Source: the human T2T-CHM13v2.0 reference genome, Homo sapiens. From it: a DNA stretch of 64,000 bases. The stretch covers positions 12,160,001 to 12,224,000 of the forward strand of contig CP086569.2 in the NCBI GenBank assembly GCA_009914755.4. The letters run 5' to 3'. This document shows positions 26,901 to 40,464 of the stretch, piece by piece (the first letter of the stretch is position 1; every line of letters starts with the position of its first letter). Below the pieces are notes generated by a model, which was not told the DNA's origin, did not search any database, and worked only from the letters and a program-made list of their open reading frames with translations. Made by a program: the position numbers and the translations under genes.

Positions 26901-29423
26901 GGAATCGAATGAAATGGAACTGAATGGAATAGAAAGGAATAGAATGGAATGGAGTTTAATGAAAGATATTAAAGGTAATGGAATGGAATTGAGTGGACAC
27001 AAATGGAATGGACTGGAATGGAAAGGACTCGAATGAAATGGACCGCATTAGAATGGACTCGAATGGAACGGATTGGTGTGGAATGATCTCGAATGGATTG
27101 GAAACGAATGGAATGGAAAAGAATAGAATGGAATGTAATCAAATGGAACGAAATGGAATGGAATGGATTCGACTGGAACAGAATTGAATGGAGTGGAGTT
27201 GAATGGAATGGAATGCAATCGAATGGAATGGACACGAATGGAATAGAATGAAATGAAATGGCATAGAATGGAATGGAATGGAATGGAATGGAATGGAATG
27301 GAATGGAATGGCATGGAATGGAATGGAATGGCATGGAATGAAATGGATTGGAATGGGATGGGCCCAAAAGTAATGGACTCAAATAAAAGGGACTCAAATA
27401 GAATGAATTGTAAAGAAACGGTCTCGAATGTAATTTATTCGAATAGAATGATATTGAATGGAATGCAATAGTATGGAATGGTATCGAATAGAATGGAATG
27501 GAATGGAACGGAATGGAGTGCATTTGAACGGACTCAAATGCAATAAATTGCAATATAATTGATTCAAATGGAATGAAATCGAATAGAATGTAAACAAATG
27601 GAATGGAAGGCAATGCAATGGAAAGGAATCCAATGAAATGGAATAAATGGGGTGGAATCGAATGGAAAGGACGCGAATATAATGGACTGTTAAGGAAAGG
27701 TCTCGAATCGAATTTATTCCAATAGAATGGAATCGAATGGAATGCAACACTATTGAATCGAATCGAATGGAATGGAATTGAATGGAATGGACAGGAATGG
27801 AATGAACTGGAAGTGAATGGACAAGAACGTAATATATTGCAATGTAATTTATTCAAATGGAATGGAAAGCAATCGAATGGAATGGACGCGATTGCAATGG
27901 ACTGGAGTGGAATGGACTGAAATGGAATGGAAACGAATGTAATGGAATGGAACGGAAAGCAAAGGAATCTACCGGAATGGAATCGAACGGAACAGAAAGG
28001 AATGGAATAGAATGGAGTGGAATGGACTCGAATGGAATGTATTCGAATGTAATGGACCTGAAAGGAATGTAATCCAATGGAATGGAATTGAATGGAATCA
28101 AAAGGAATAGAAAGGAATAGAGTGTAATTGAATGATATCGAATGGAAGGGAATGGAATGAAGTCGAATGGAATGCACTGGAATGGAATGGACTCGATCAG
28201 AACGGACTGGAGAGGAATGTACACAAATGGAATGGAAACGAATGGAATGGAATGAAATGGAATGGAATGCAACGGAATTGAAAGGAACGGAATCAAATGG
28301 AATGGAATGGAATGGAATGGATTGGAATAGAATGGATTCAAATAAAATAGAATCGATTGGAATGGTATTGAATGGAAGGGACTTGAATGGAATGGAAAGC
28401 AATGGAAGATATTGGAATCGAATGGCATCGAATGAAATGGAATGGAACGGAATGGAACGGACCCGAATGGAATGGAATGGACTCAAATGTAATGGACTCG
28501 AATGGAATCGACTGAAATATAATAGACTCGAAAGGAATGGCCTCGAGCGGAATTTATTTGAATAGAATGGAATCAAATGGAATACAATAGTATTGAATGG
28601 AATCGAATGGAATGGAATCGAATGGAATGTAATCAAATGGAATGGAACGGAATTCAATATAATGGAGTAGAATGGAATGCATTGGAAAGGAGCAGAGTGG
28701 AATCGAGTGGATTGGAATCGAGTGGAATGGAATCAAAGGGAACGAAATCGAATTGAATAGACTTGAATGGAATTGAGTAGAAAGGAATTGACTCGAAAGG
28801 AATGGACTGGAACAAAAAGGAATCAAATGGACAGGAATGGAATGGAATGGACTCGAATGGAGTGGAGTCAAATGCAAACGCATCGAATGGAATGGATTCA
28901 AATGGAATGCAATTGAATGGAATAGAAAGGAAGAGAATGGAACTGAGAGTAACGGAAAGATATCGATTGGAATGAAATGGAATGGAAAGGAATTGCATGG
29001 AAAGGAATGGACTCGAAAGAAATGGATTGGAATGGAATGGTCTCCAATGGAATGGACTGGAGTGGAATGGAATCGAATGGAATGAAAAGAATGGAACGGA
29101 ATGGAACGGAAAAGAATAGAATGCTATGGAATCCGATTGGACAGAATGGAATGGAATGGAGTTTCATGAAATGGAGTCGAATAGAGTGGCATCAAAAGGA
29201 ATGGAATCGAATGGAGTGGAGTCAAAAGGAATGGACTCGAAAGGAATGGAGTCGAACAGAATGGAATGCAATGGAATGAACTCGACTGGAGTAGAGAGGA
29301 ATGTAAAGGAATAGAATGGAATGTAATCAAATGGATTGCAAGTGAATGGAATCAAAAATAATAGAAAGCAATGGAGTGTAAAGGGATGATATTGAATAAA
29401 ATGGAATGGAATGGAATTTAATG
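23933..29423. repeat. HSat3 HOR copy H4 (5491 bp, early-type a).
   Basis: Anchor at 23933 and 29424. GGGCCC is present at about 27359. Confidence 0.85.
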
Positions 29424-32400
29424 GAATGGAGTCTCAGGAATGGACAGGAATGTAATGGACTCCAATGGAATGGAATGGATCAAAACGGATTTGAACAGAT
29501 TGGAATCGAACGCAAAGGAATGAAATGGAATGGAATGGACTCGAATGGAGAAGAGACAAATGGAATGGAAACGAATTCAATGGAATTGAAAGGAATAGAA
29601 TGGAATGACCTGTAATGTTAAGATAGTAAATGGAATGGAATTGAATGGAATGTAGTGGAATGGACCCAAATGTAATGCACTCGAATGGAATATACTCAAA
29701 TAGAATGGAATCGAAAGGAAAGGTCTCAAATGGAATTTATTCAATACAATGGAATCGAATGGAATGCAATAGAATGGAAAGGAATCGAATGTAATGGAAT
29801 CAAATAGAATGGACCAGAATGGAATGGACTGCCATAGAACGGACTGCAGTGTAAAGGATTGAATTCTAATTCATTCAAATGGAATGGAATTGAATGGAAT
29901 GGAATCCAATGGAATGGATAGGATTGTACTGGAATGGAATAGCATGGAATGCAACGGAGTGGAATGGAGTTGAATGAAGTGGAATGGAATCGATTGGAAT
30001 GGAATCAAATGGAATGGACGGGAATGGAATGGACTGGAAGAGAACAGACTCGAATATAATGGATTGCAATGTAATTGATTCAAATGGAATGGAATCGAAT
30101 GGAATGTAATAAAATTGAAGGGATTGGAGTTCAATGCAATGAAATAGAAGGGAATGCAAAGGAAAGGAAAGGCACGGAGTGAAATCGAGTGTAATGGAAT
30201 CGAATGGAATGAAATCGAATGGAATGGACTCAAGAAATGGACGAGGGACAAAACGGAATCGAACTGATTGGAATCGAATGGAACGGAATGTAATGGAATG
30301 GTCTCCATTGGATGGGAGTAGAACGGATTGGAATGAAATGGAATGGAAAGGAATAGAATGGAATGGAAAGGAATGGAAGGTAAAGGAAAGATATCGAACG
30401 GATTGGAAAGGAATGGAATGGACGCTAATGGAATAGAGTGGAATTCAACAGAAACGAATGGAATGGACTGGAGTGAAATGGAGTCGAATGTAATTGACTG
30501 GAGAGGAATGGACTCGAAAGGAATGGACTCGAATAGAATGGAGTGGAATGGATTGTACTCGAATGGAGTGGAAAGGAATAAAATGGATTCCACCAGATTG
30601 GAATGGAACAGAATGTAATGCAATGGAATGGAATGCAATGGAATGGCTCGAATGGAATGGAGTCGAATGCAATGGAAGAGAAAGGAAAGGAATTGGATGG
30701 AATTGAAAGTAATAGAATTAAATGGAGTGCAAAGGAAAGATATCGAATGGAATGGATCGAAAAGAAATTGAATGGAATGGACAGGAATGGAATGGAATAG
30801 AATGGAATAGACTGGCGTGCAATGAAAACGAATGGAATGGAAACGAATGGAATGGAATGGAAAGGAATGGAGTAGAATAAATACTATGGAATGGAATGGA
30901 ATGGAATGGAATGGAATGGAATGGAATGGAGGCGAAAGGAAACGAATGGATTGGAATGTCACCGAATGGAAAGGTATGGAATGGAAAGGAATGGATACGA
31001 ATGGAATGGAATAGAAAGGAACGGAAAGGTAAAGAATGGAATGGAATCGGATAGAATGGAATGCAATGTAATGGAGTCGAATGGAAAATAATCGAGTAGA
31101 ATGATATCGAATGGAATGGAATGGAATGGAATGGACTCGAATGGAATGTACTCAAATGTATTAGAATAGAATGGAATGGAACTAAACGTAATGAACTCGA
31201 ATGGAATGGACACAAATAGAATGGAAGAGAAAGGAATGGTATTGAATGGAATTTATTCGAATAGAATGGAATTCAATGGAATGCAACAGTGTGGCATGGA
31301 ATCCAATGGAATGGAATCGAATGGAATGGACCCGAGTGGAATGGACTCACATAGAACAGCCTCGAATGTAATGGATGACAATGTATTAGATTCGAAAGGA
31401 CTGAAATCGAATGGAATGTAATCAAATAGAACGGAATTGAATGCATGGAATGGCATAGAAAGTAATGCAATGGAATGGAATAGACTGGAATGGAATGGAA
31501 TCGGATGGAATGTAATGAAATGTAATGGAAGGAATGCCATGGAATGGAATGGAATGGAATGCAATGGGACGGTGTATAATGGAGTGCAATGGATTTTAGT
31601 GGAATGTAGTCCAAAGGAATGAAATAGAATGGAATTCAATATAATGGAATGGCATCCAATGGCAAGGAATGGAGCGGACTCCAATGGAAACGACATGAAA
31701 GGAATATAATATAATGGAATGGCATTGAACGAAATGGAATGCAATGGGATTAAAAGGTAAAATATCGAATGGAAAAGAATTGAATGGACTCGAATGGAAT
31801 ATAATGGAATGGAATGGACTCGAATGGAATGTACTAGAGTTGAATGGAATCGAATGGAATGGAAAACAATGGAAAGGAAAGGAAGGGAATTGAAAGGAAA
31901 GGAATAGAATGGAATGGAATCGGATGGAACAGAATTGAATGGAATGGAAACTAAAGGAATAGAATAGAAAGAAATGGCATTGAATGGAATGGAAATGAAT
32001 GGAATCAGATGGAACAGAAAGGAATGGAATGGCATCGAATGGATTGGAATGGAATGTAATGGAATGGAATGGAAAGGAATGGAATGGACTCAAATGGAAT
32101 GTACTCAAATGGAATAGAATAGAATGGAATTGAAGTAAATATAATGGACTCGAGTGGAATGGAATGGAATAAATTGGAATTGAATGTATTGGATTCGAAA
32201 GGAAAGGAATGGAATGGAATGGAATGGAATGGAATAGAATGGAATGGATTCGAATGGAATGGAACGAATTGGAATGTAATTGAATGGAGTCGAAAACAGT
32301 AGCAAGAAAAGAAGTTTAATCGAACGATATCGAATGGAATTGAATGGAATGTACGCGAACGGAATGGACTGGAATGGAATGGAATGACATGTAATGGAAT

Positions 32401-34933
32401 CGAAAGGAATGGAATCGAATGAAATGGAATTGAATGGAATAGAAAGGAATAGAATGGAATGGAGTTTAATGGAAAGATATTAAAGGTAATGGAATGGAAT
32501 TGAGTGGACACAAATGGAATGGAATGGAATGGAAAGGACTCGAATGAAATGGACCACATTAGAATGGAGTCGAATGGAACGGATTGGTGTGGAATGATCT
32601 CGAATGGATTGGAAACGAATGGAATGGAAAAGAATAGAATGGAATGTAATCAAATGGAACGAAATGGAATGGAATGGATTCGACTGGAACAGAATTGAAT
32701 GGAGTGGAGTTGAATGGAATGGAATGCAATCGAATGGAATGGACACGAATGGAATAGAATGAAATGAAATGGCATAGAATGGAATGGAATCAATGGAATG
32801 GAATGGAATGGAATGGAATGGCATGGAATGAAATGGATTGGAATGGGATGGGCCCAAAACTAATGGACTCAAATAAAAGGGACTCAAGCAGAATGAATTG
32901 TAAAGAAACGGTCTCGAATGTAATTTATTCGAATAGAATGATATTGAATGGAATGCAATAGTATGGAATGGTATCGAATAGAATGGAATGGAATGCACCG
33001 GAATGGAATGCATTTGAACGGACTCAAATGCAATAAATTGCAATATACTTGATTCAAATGGAATGAAATCGAATAGAATGTAAACAAATGGAATGGAAGG
33101 CAATGCAATGGAAAGGAATCGAATGAAATGGAATAAATGGGATGGAATCGAATGGAAAGGACGCGAATATAATGGACTGTTAAGGAAAGGTCTCGAATCG
33201 AATTTATTCCAATAGAATGGAATCGAATGGAATGCAATACTATTGAATCGAATCGAATGGAATGGAATTGAATGGAATGGACAGGAATGGAATGAACTGG
33301 AAGTGAATGGACAAGAACGTAATATATTGCAATGTAATTTATTCAAATGGAATGGAAAGCAATCGAATGGAATGGACGCGATTGCAATGGACTGGAGTGG
33401 AATGGACTGAAATGGAATGGAAACGAATGTAATGGAATGGAACGGAAAGCAAAGGAATCTACCGGAATGGAATCGAACGGAACAGAAAGGAATGGAATGG
33501 AATGGAGTGGAATGGACTCGAATGGAATGTATTCGAATGCAATGTAATGGACCTGAAAGGAATGTAATCCAATGGAATGGAATTGAATGGAATCAAAAGG
33601 AATAGAAAGGAATAGAGTGTAATTGAATGATATCGAATGGAAGGGAATGGAATGAAGTCGAATGGAATGCACTGGAATGGAATGGACTCGATCAGAACGG
33701 ACTGGAGAGGAATGTACACAAATGGAATGGAAACGAATGGAATGGAATGAAATGGAATGGAATGCAACGGAATTGAAAGGAACGGAATCAAATGGAATGG
33801 AATGGAATGGAATGGATTGGAATAGAATGGATTCAAATAAAATAGAATCGATTGGAATGGTATTGAATGGAAGGGACTTGAATGGAATGGAAAGCAATGG
33901 AAGATATTGGAATCGAATGGCATCGAATGAAATGGAATGGAATGGAGTGGAACGGACCCGAGTGGAATGGAATGGACTCAAATGTAATGGACTCGAATGG
34001 AATCGACTGAAATATAATAGACTCGAAAGGAATGGCCTCCAGCGGAATTTATTTGAATAGAATGGAATCAAATGGAATATAATAGTATTGAATGGAATCG
34101 AATGGAATGTAATCGAATGGAATGTAATCAAATGGAATGGAACGGAATTCAATATAATGGAGTAGAATGGAATGCATTGGAAAGGAGCAGAGTGGAATCG
34201 AGTGGATTGGAATCGAGTGGAATGGAATCAAAGGGAACGAAATCGAATTGAATGGACTCGAAAGGAATTGACTAGAAAGGAATGGACTGCAACAAAAAGG
34301 AATCAAAAGGACAGGAATGGAATGGAATGAACTCGAAAGGAATGGAGTCAAATGCAAACGCATCGAATGGAATAGATTCAAATGGAATGCAATTGAATGC
34401 AATAGAAAGGAAGAGAATGGAATTGAGAGTATTGGAAAGATATCGTTTGGAATGAAATGGAATGGAAAGGAATTGAATGGAAAGGAATGGACTCGAAAGA
34501 AATGGATTGGAATGGAATGGTCTCCAATGGAATGGACTGGAGTGGAATGGAATCGAATGGAATGAAAAGAATGGAACGGAATGGAACGGAAAGGAATAGA
34601 ATGTTATGGAATCCGATTGGACAGAATGGAAGGGAATGCAGTTTCATGAAATGGAGTCCAAGAGAGTGGCATCAAAAGGAATGGAATGGAGTGGAGTGGA
34701 CTCAAAAGGAATGGACTCGAAAGGAATGGAGTCGAACCAAATTGAATCAAATGGATTGGAGTCGAACAGAATGGAATGGAATGGAATGAACTCGACTGGA
34801 GTAGAGAGGAACGTAAAGGAATAGAATGGAATGTAATCAAATGGATTGCAAGTGAATGTAATCAAAAATAATAGAAAGGAATGGAGTGTAAAGGGATGAT
34901 ATTGAATAAAATGGAATGGAATGGAACTTAATG
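29424..34933. repeat. HSat3 HOR copy H5 (5510 bp). Early-type through about 33.5 kb, late-type from about 34.0 kb.
   Basis: Anchor at 29424 and 34934. The peptide marker at 33347 (MEWKAIEWNGRDCNG...) is early-type. By about 34000 the 'FRWRPF' and 33-bp-present alleles are late-type. Confidence 0.8.
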
Positions 34934-37900
34934 GAATGGAGTCGAAGGAATGGACAGGAATGTAATGGACTCCAATGGAATGGAATGGATCAAAATGGAT
35001 TTGAACAGATTGGAATCGAACGGAATGGAATGCAATGGAATGGAATGGACTCGAACGGAGAAGAGACAAATGGAATGGAAACGAATTCAATGGAATTGAA
35101 AAGAATAGAATGGAATGGCCTGTAATGGTAAGATGCTAAATGGAATGGAATTGAATGGAATGTAGTGGAATGGACCCAAATGTAATGCACTCGAATGGAA
35201 TATACTCAAATAGAATGGAATCGAAAGGAAAGGTCTCAAATGGAATTTATTCAATACAATGGAATCGAATGGAATGCAATAGAATGGAAAGGAATCGAAT
35301 GTAATGGAATCAAATAGAATGGACCAGAATGGAATGGACTGCCATAGAACGGACTGCAGTGTAATGGATTTAAATCTAATTCATTCAAATGGAATGGAAT
35401 TGAATGGAATGGAATCCAATGGAATGGATAGGATTGTACTGGAATGGAATAGCATGGAATGCAACGGAGTGGAATGGAGTTGAATGAAGTGGAATGGAAT
35501 CGATTGGAATGGAATCAAATGGAATGGACGTGAATGGAATGGACTGGAAGAGAACAGACTCGAATATAATGGATTGCAATGTAATTGATTCAAATGGAAT
35601 GGAATCGAATGGAATGTAATAAAATTGAAGGGATTGGAGTTCAATGCAATGAAATAGAATGGAATGCAAAGGAAAGGAAAGGCACGGAGTGAAATCGAGT
35701 GTAATGGAATCGAATGGAATGAAATCGAATGGAATGGACTCAAAAGAAATGGACGAGGGACAAAACGGAATCGAACTGATTGGAATCGAATGGAACGGAA
35801 TGTAATGGAATGGTCTCCATTGTATGGGAGTAGAACGGATAGGAATGAAATGGAATGGAAAGGAATAGAATGGAATGGAAAGGAATGGAAGGTAATGGAA
35901 AGATATCGAACGGATTGGAAAGGAATGGAATGGACGCTAATGGAATGGAATGGAATTCAACAGAAACGAATGGAATGGACTGGAGTGAAATGGAGTCGAA
36001 TGTAATTGACTGGAGAGGAATGGACTCGAAAGGAATGGACTCGAATAGAATGGACTGGAATGGATTGTACTCGAATGGAGTGGAAAGGAATAAAATGGAT
36101 TCCACCAGATTTGAATGGAACAGAATGTAATGCAATGGAATGGAATGCAATGGAATGGCTCGAATGGAATGGAGTCGAATGCAATGGAAGAGAAAGGAAA
36201 GGAATTGAATGGAATTGAAAGTAATAGAATTAAATGGAGTGCAAAGGAAAGATATCGAATGGAATGGATTGAAAAGAAATAGAATGGAATGGACAGGAAT
36301 GGAATGGAATAGACTGGCGTGCAATGAAAACGAATGGAATGGAAACGAATGGAATGGAATGGAAAGGAATGGAGTAGAATAAATACTATGGAATGGAATG
36401 GAATGGAATGGAATGGAAAGGAATGGAGGCGAAAGGAAAAGAATGGATTGGAATGTCACCGAATGGAAAGATATGGAATGGAAAGGAATGGATACGAATG
36501 TAATGGAATAGAAAGGAAGGGAAAGGTAAAGAATGGAATGGAATCGGATAGAATGGAATGCAATATAATGGAGTCGAATGGAAAATAATCGAGTAGAATG
36601 ATATCGAATGGTATGGAATTTAATGGAATGGAATGGAATGGAATGGAATGGAATGGAATGGACTCGAATGGAATGTACTCAAATCGATTAGAATATAATG
36701 GAATGGAACTAAATGTAATGAACTCGAATGGAATGGACACAAATAGAATGGAAGGGAAAGGAATGGTATTGAATGGAATGTATTCGAATAGAATGGAATT
36801 CAATGGAATGCAACAGTGTGGCATGGAATCAAATGGAATGGAATCGAATGGAATGGACCCGAGTGGAATGGACTCATAGAACAGCCTCGAATGTAATGGA
36901 TTACAATGTATTAGATTTGAAAGGACTGAAATCGAATGGAATGTAATCAAATAGAACGGAATTGAATGCATGGAATGGCATAGAAAGTAAAGCAATGGAA
37001 TGGAATAGACTGGAATGGAATGGAATCGGATGGAATGTAATGAAATGTAATGGAAGGAATGCCATGGAATGGAATGGAATGGAATGCAATGGGACGGTGT
37101 ATAATGGAGTGCAATGGATTTCAGTGGAATGAAGTCAAAAGGAATGAAATAGAATGGAATTCAATATAATGGAATGGCATCCAATGGCAAGGAATGGAGC
37201 GGACTCCAATGGAAACGTCATGAAAGGACTATAATAAAATGGAATGGCATTGAACGAAATGGAATGCAATGGAGTTAAAAGGTAAAATATCGAATGGAAA
37301 AGAATTGAATGGACTCGAATGGAATATAATGGAATGGAATGGACTCGAATGGAATGTACTAGAGTTGAATGGAATCGCATGGAATGGAAAACAATGGAAA
37401 GGAAAGGAAGGGAATTGAAAGTAAAGGAATAGAATGGAATGGAATCGGATGGAACGGAATTGAATGTAATGGAAACTAAAGGAATAGAATAGAAAGGAAT
37501 GGCATTGAATGGAATGGAAAGGAATGGAATCAGATGGAACAGAAAGGAATGGAATAGAATCGAATGGAATGGCATCGAATGGTTTGGAATGGAATGTAAT
37601 GGAATGGAATGGAAAGGAATGGAATGGACTCAAATGGAATGTACTCAAATGGAATAGAATAGAATGGAATGGAAGTAAATATAATGGACTCGAGTGGAAT
37701 GGATTGGAATAAATTGGAATTGAATGTATTGGATTCGAATGGAAAGGAATGGAATGGAATGGAATGGAATGGATTCGAATGGAATGGAACGAATTGGAAT
37801 GTAATTGAATGGAGTCGAAAACAGTAGAAAGAAAAGAAGTTTAATCGAATGATATCGAATGGAATTGAATGGAATGTAGGCGAATGGAATGGACTGGAAT

Positions 37901-40464
37901 GGAGTGGAGTGACATGTAATGGAATCGAAAGGAATGGAATCGAATGAAATGGAATTGAATGGAATAGAAAGGAATAGAATGGAATGGAGTTTAATGGAAA
38001 GATATTAAAAGTAATGGAATGGAATTGAGTGGACACGAATGGAATGGACTGGAATGTAAAGGACTCGAATGAAGTGGACCGCATTAGAATGGACTCGAAT
38101 GGAATGGATTGGAGTGGAATGGCCTTTAATGGATTGGAAACGAATGGAATGGAAAGGAATAGAATGGAATGTAATCAAATGGAACGAAATGGAATGGAAT
38201 GGATTCGACTGGAACAGAACTGAATGTAGTGGAATTGAGTGGAATGGAATGCAATCGAATGGAATGGACATGAATGGAATAGAATGAAATGAAATGGCAA
38301 TGAATGGAATGGAATGGAATGGAATGGAATGGCATGGCATGGAATGGAATGGAATGGCATGGAATGAAATTGATTGGAATGGGATGGGCCCAAAAGTAAT
38401 GGACTCACAGAAAAGGGACTCAAATAGAATGAATTGGAAAGAAACGGTCTCGAATGTAATTTATTCGAATAGAATGATATTGAATGGAATGCGATAGTAT
38501 GGAATGGTATTGAATAGAATGGAATAGAATGGAATGGAATGGAACGGAATGGAGTGCATTTGAACGGACTCCAATGCAACAAATTGCAATATAATTGATT
38601 CAAATGGAATGGAATCGAATAGAATGTAAACAAATGAAATGGAAGGCAATGCAATGGAAAGGAATCGAATGAAATGGAATAAATGGGATGGAATCGAATG
38701 GAAAGGAAGCGAATATAATGGACTGTTAAGGAAAGGTCTCGAATCGAATTTATTCCAATAAAATGGAATCGAACGGAATGCAAAACTGTTGAATCGAATC
38801 GAATGGAATAGAATTGAATGGAATGGACAGGAATGGAATGAACTGGAAGTGAATGGAAAAGAACGTAATATAGTGCAATGTAATTTATTCAAATGGAATG
38901 GAATGCAATCGAATGGAATGGACTCGATTGGAATGGACTGGAGTGGAATGGACTGAAATGGAATGGAAAGGAATGTAATGGAATGGAACAGAAAGCAAAG
39001 GAATCTACTGGAATAGAATCGAACGGAACAGAAAGGAATGGAATGGAATGGAGTGGAATGGACTCGAATGGAATGTATTCGAATGTAATGGACCGGAAAG
39101 GAATGGAATCCAATGGAATGGAATTGAATGGAATCAAAAGGAATAGAAAGGAATAGAGTGTAATTGAATGATATCGAATGGAAGGAAATGGAATGAACTC
39201 GAATGGAATGCACTGGAATGGAATGGACTCGATCAGAACGGACTGGAGAGGAATGTACACAAATGGAATGGAAACGAATGGAATGGAACGAAAAGGAATG
39301 GAATGCAATGGAATTGAAAGGAACGGAATCAAATGGAATGGAATGGATTGGAATAGAATGGATTCAAATAAAATAGAATCGATAGGAATGGTATTGAATG
39401 GAAGGGACTTGAATGGAATGGAAATCAATGGAAGATATTGGAATCGAATGGCATCGAATGAAATGAAATGGAACGGAATGGAACGGACCCGAATGGAACG
39501 GAATGGACTCAAATGTAATGGACTCGAATGGAATCTACTGAAATATAATAGACTCGAAAGGAATGGCCTCCAGCGGAATTTATTTGAATAGAATTGAATC
39601 AAATGGAATACAAGAGTATTGAATGGAATCGAATGGAATGGAATCGAATGGAATGGAACGGAATTCAATATAATGGAGTAGAATGGAATGCATTGGAAAG
39701 GAGCAGAGTGGAATCGAGTGGAATGGAATCGAGTGGAATGGAATCAAAGGGAACGAAATCGAATTGAATGGACTTGAATGGAATTGACTCGAAAGGAATT
39801 GACTCGAAAGGAATGGACTGGAACAAAAAGGAATGAAATGGACAGGAATGGAATGGAATGGACTCGAATGGAATGGAGTCAAATGCAAACGCATCGAATG
39901 GAATGGATTCAAATGGAATGCAATTGAATGGAATAGAAAGGAAGAGAATGGAATTGAGAGTAATGGAAAGATATCGATTGGAATGAAATGGAATGGAAAG
40001 GAATTGAATGGAAAGGAAGGGACTCGAAAGAAATGGATTGGAATGGAATGGTCTCCAATGGAATGGACTGGAGTGGAATGGAATCGAATGGAATGAAAAG
40101 AATGGAACGGAATGGAACGGAAAGGAATAGAATGTTATGGAATCCGATTGGACAGAATGGAATGGAATGGACTTTCATGAAATGGAGTCGGATAGAGTGG
40201 CATCAAAAGGAATGGAATGGAATGCAGTGGACTCAAAAGGAACGGACTCGAAAGGAATGGCGTCGAAGCAAATTGAATCAAATGGATTGGAGTCGAACAG
40301 AATGGAATGGAATGGAATGAACTCGACTGGAGTAGAGAGGAATGTAAAGGAATAGAATGGAATGTAATCAAATGGATTGCAAGTGAATGGAATCAAAAAT
40401 AATAGAAAGGAATGGAGTGTAAAGGGATGATATTGAATAAAATGGAATGGAATGGAATTTAATC
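34934..40464. repeat. HSat3 HOR copy H6 (5531 bp, late-type).
   Basis: Anchor at 34934 and 40465. It carries the late markers '...NVKDSNEVDRIRMDSNGMDWSGM...' at 38029 and 'YSFTFNSLPF'. Confidence 0.85.
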
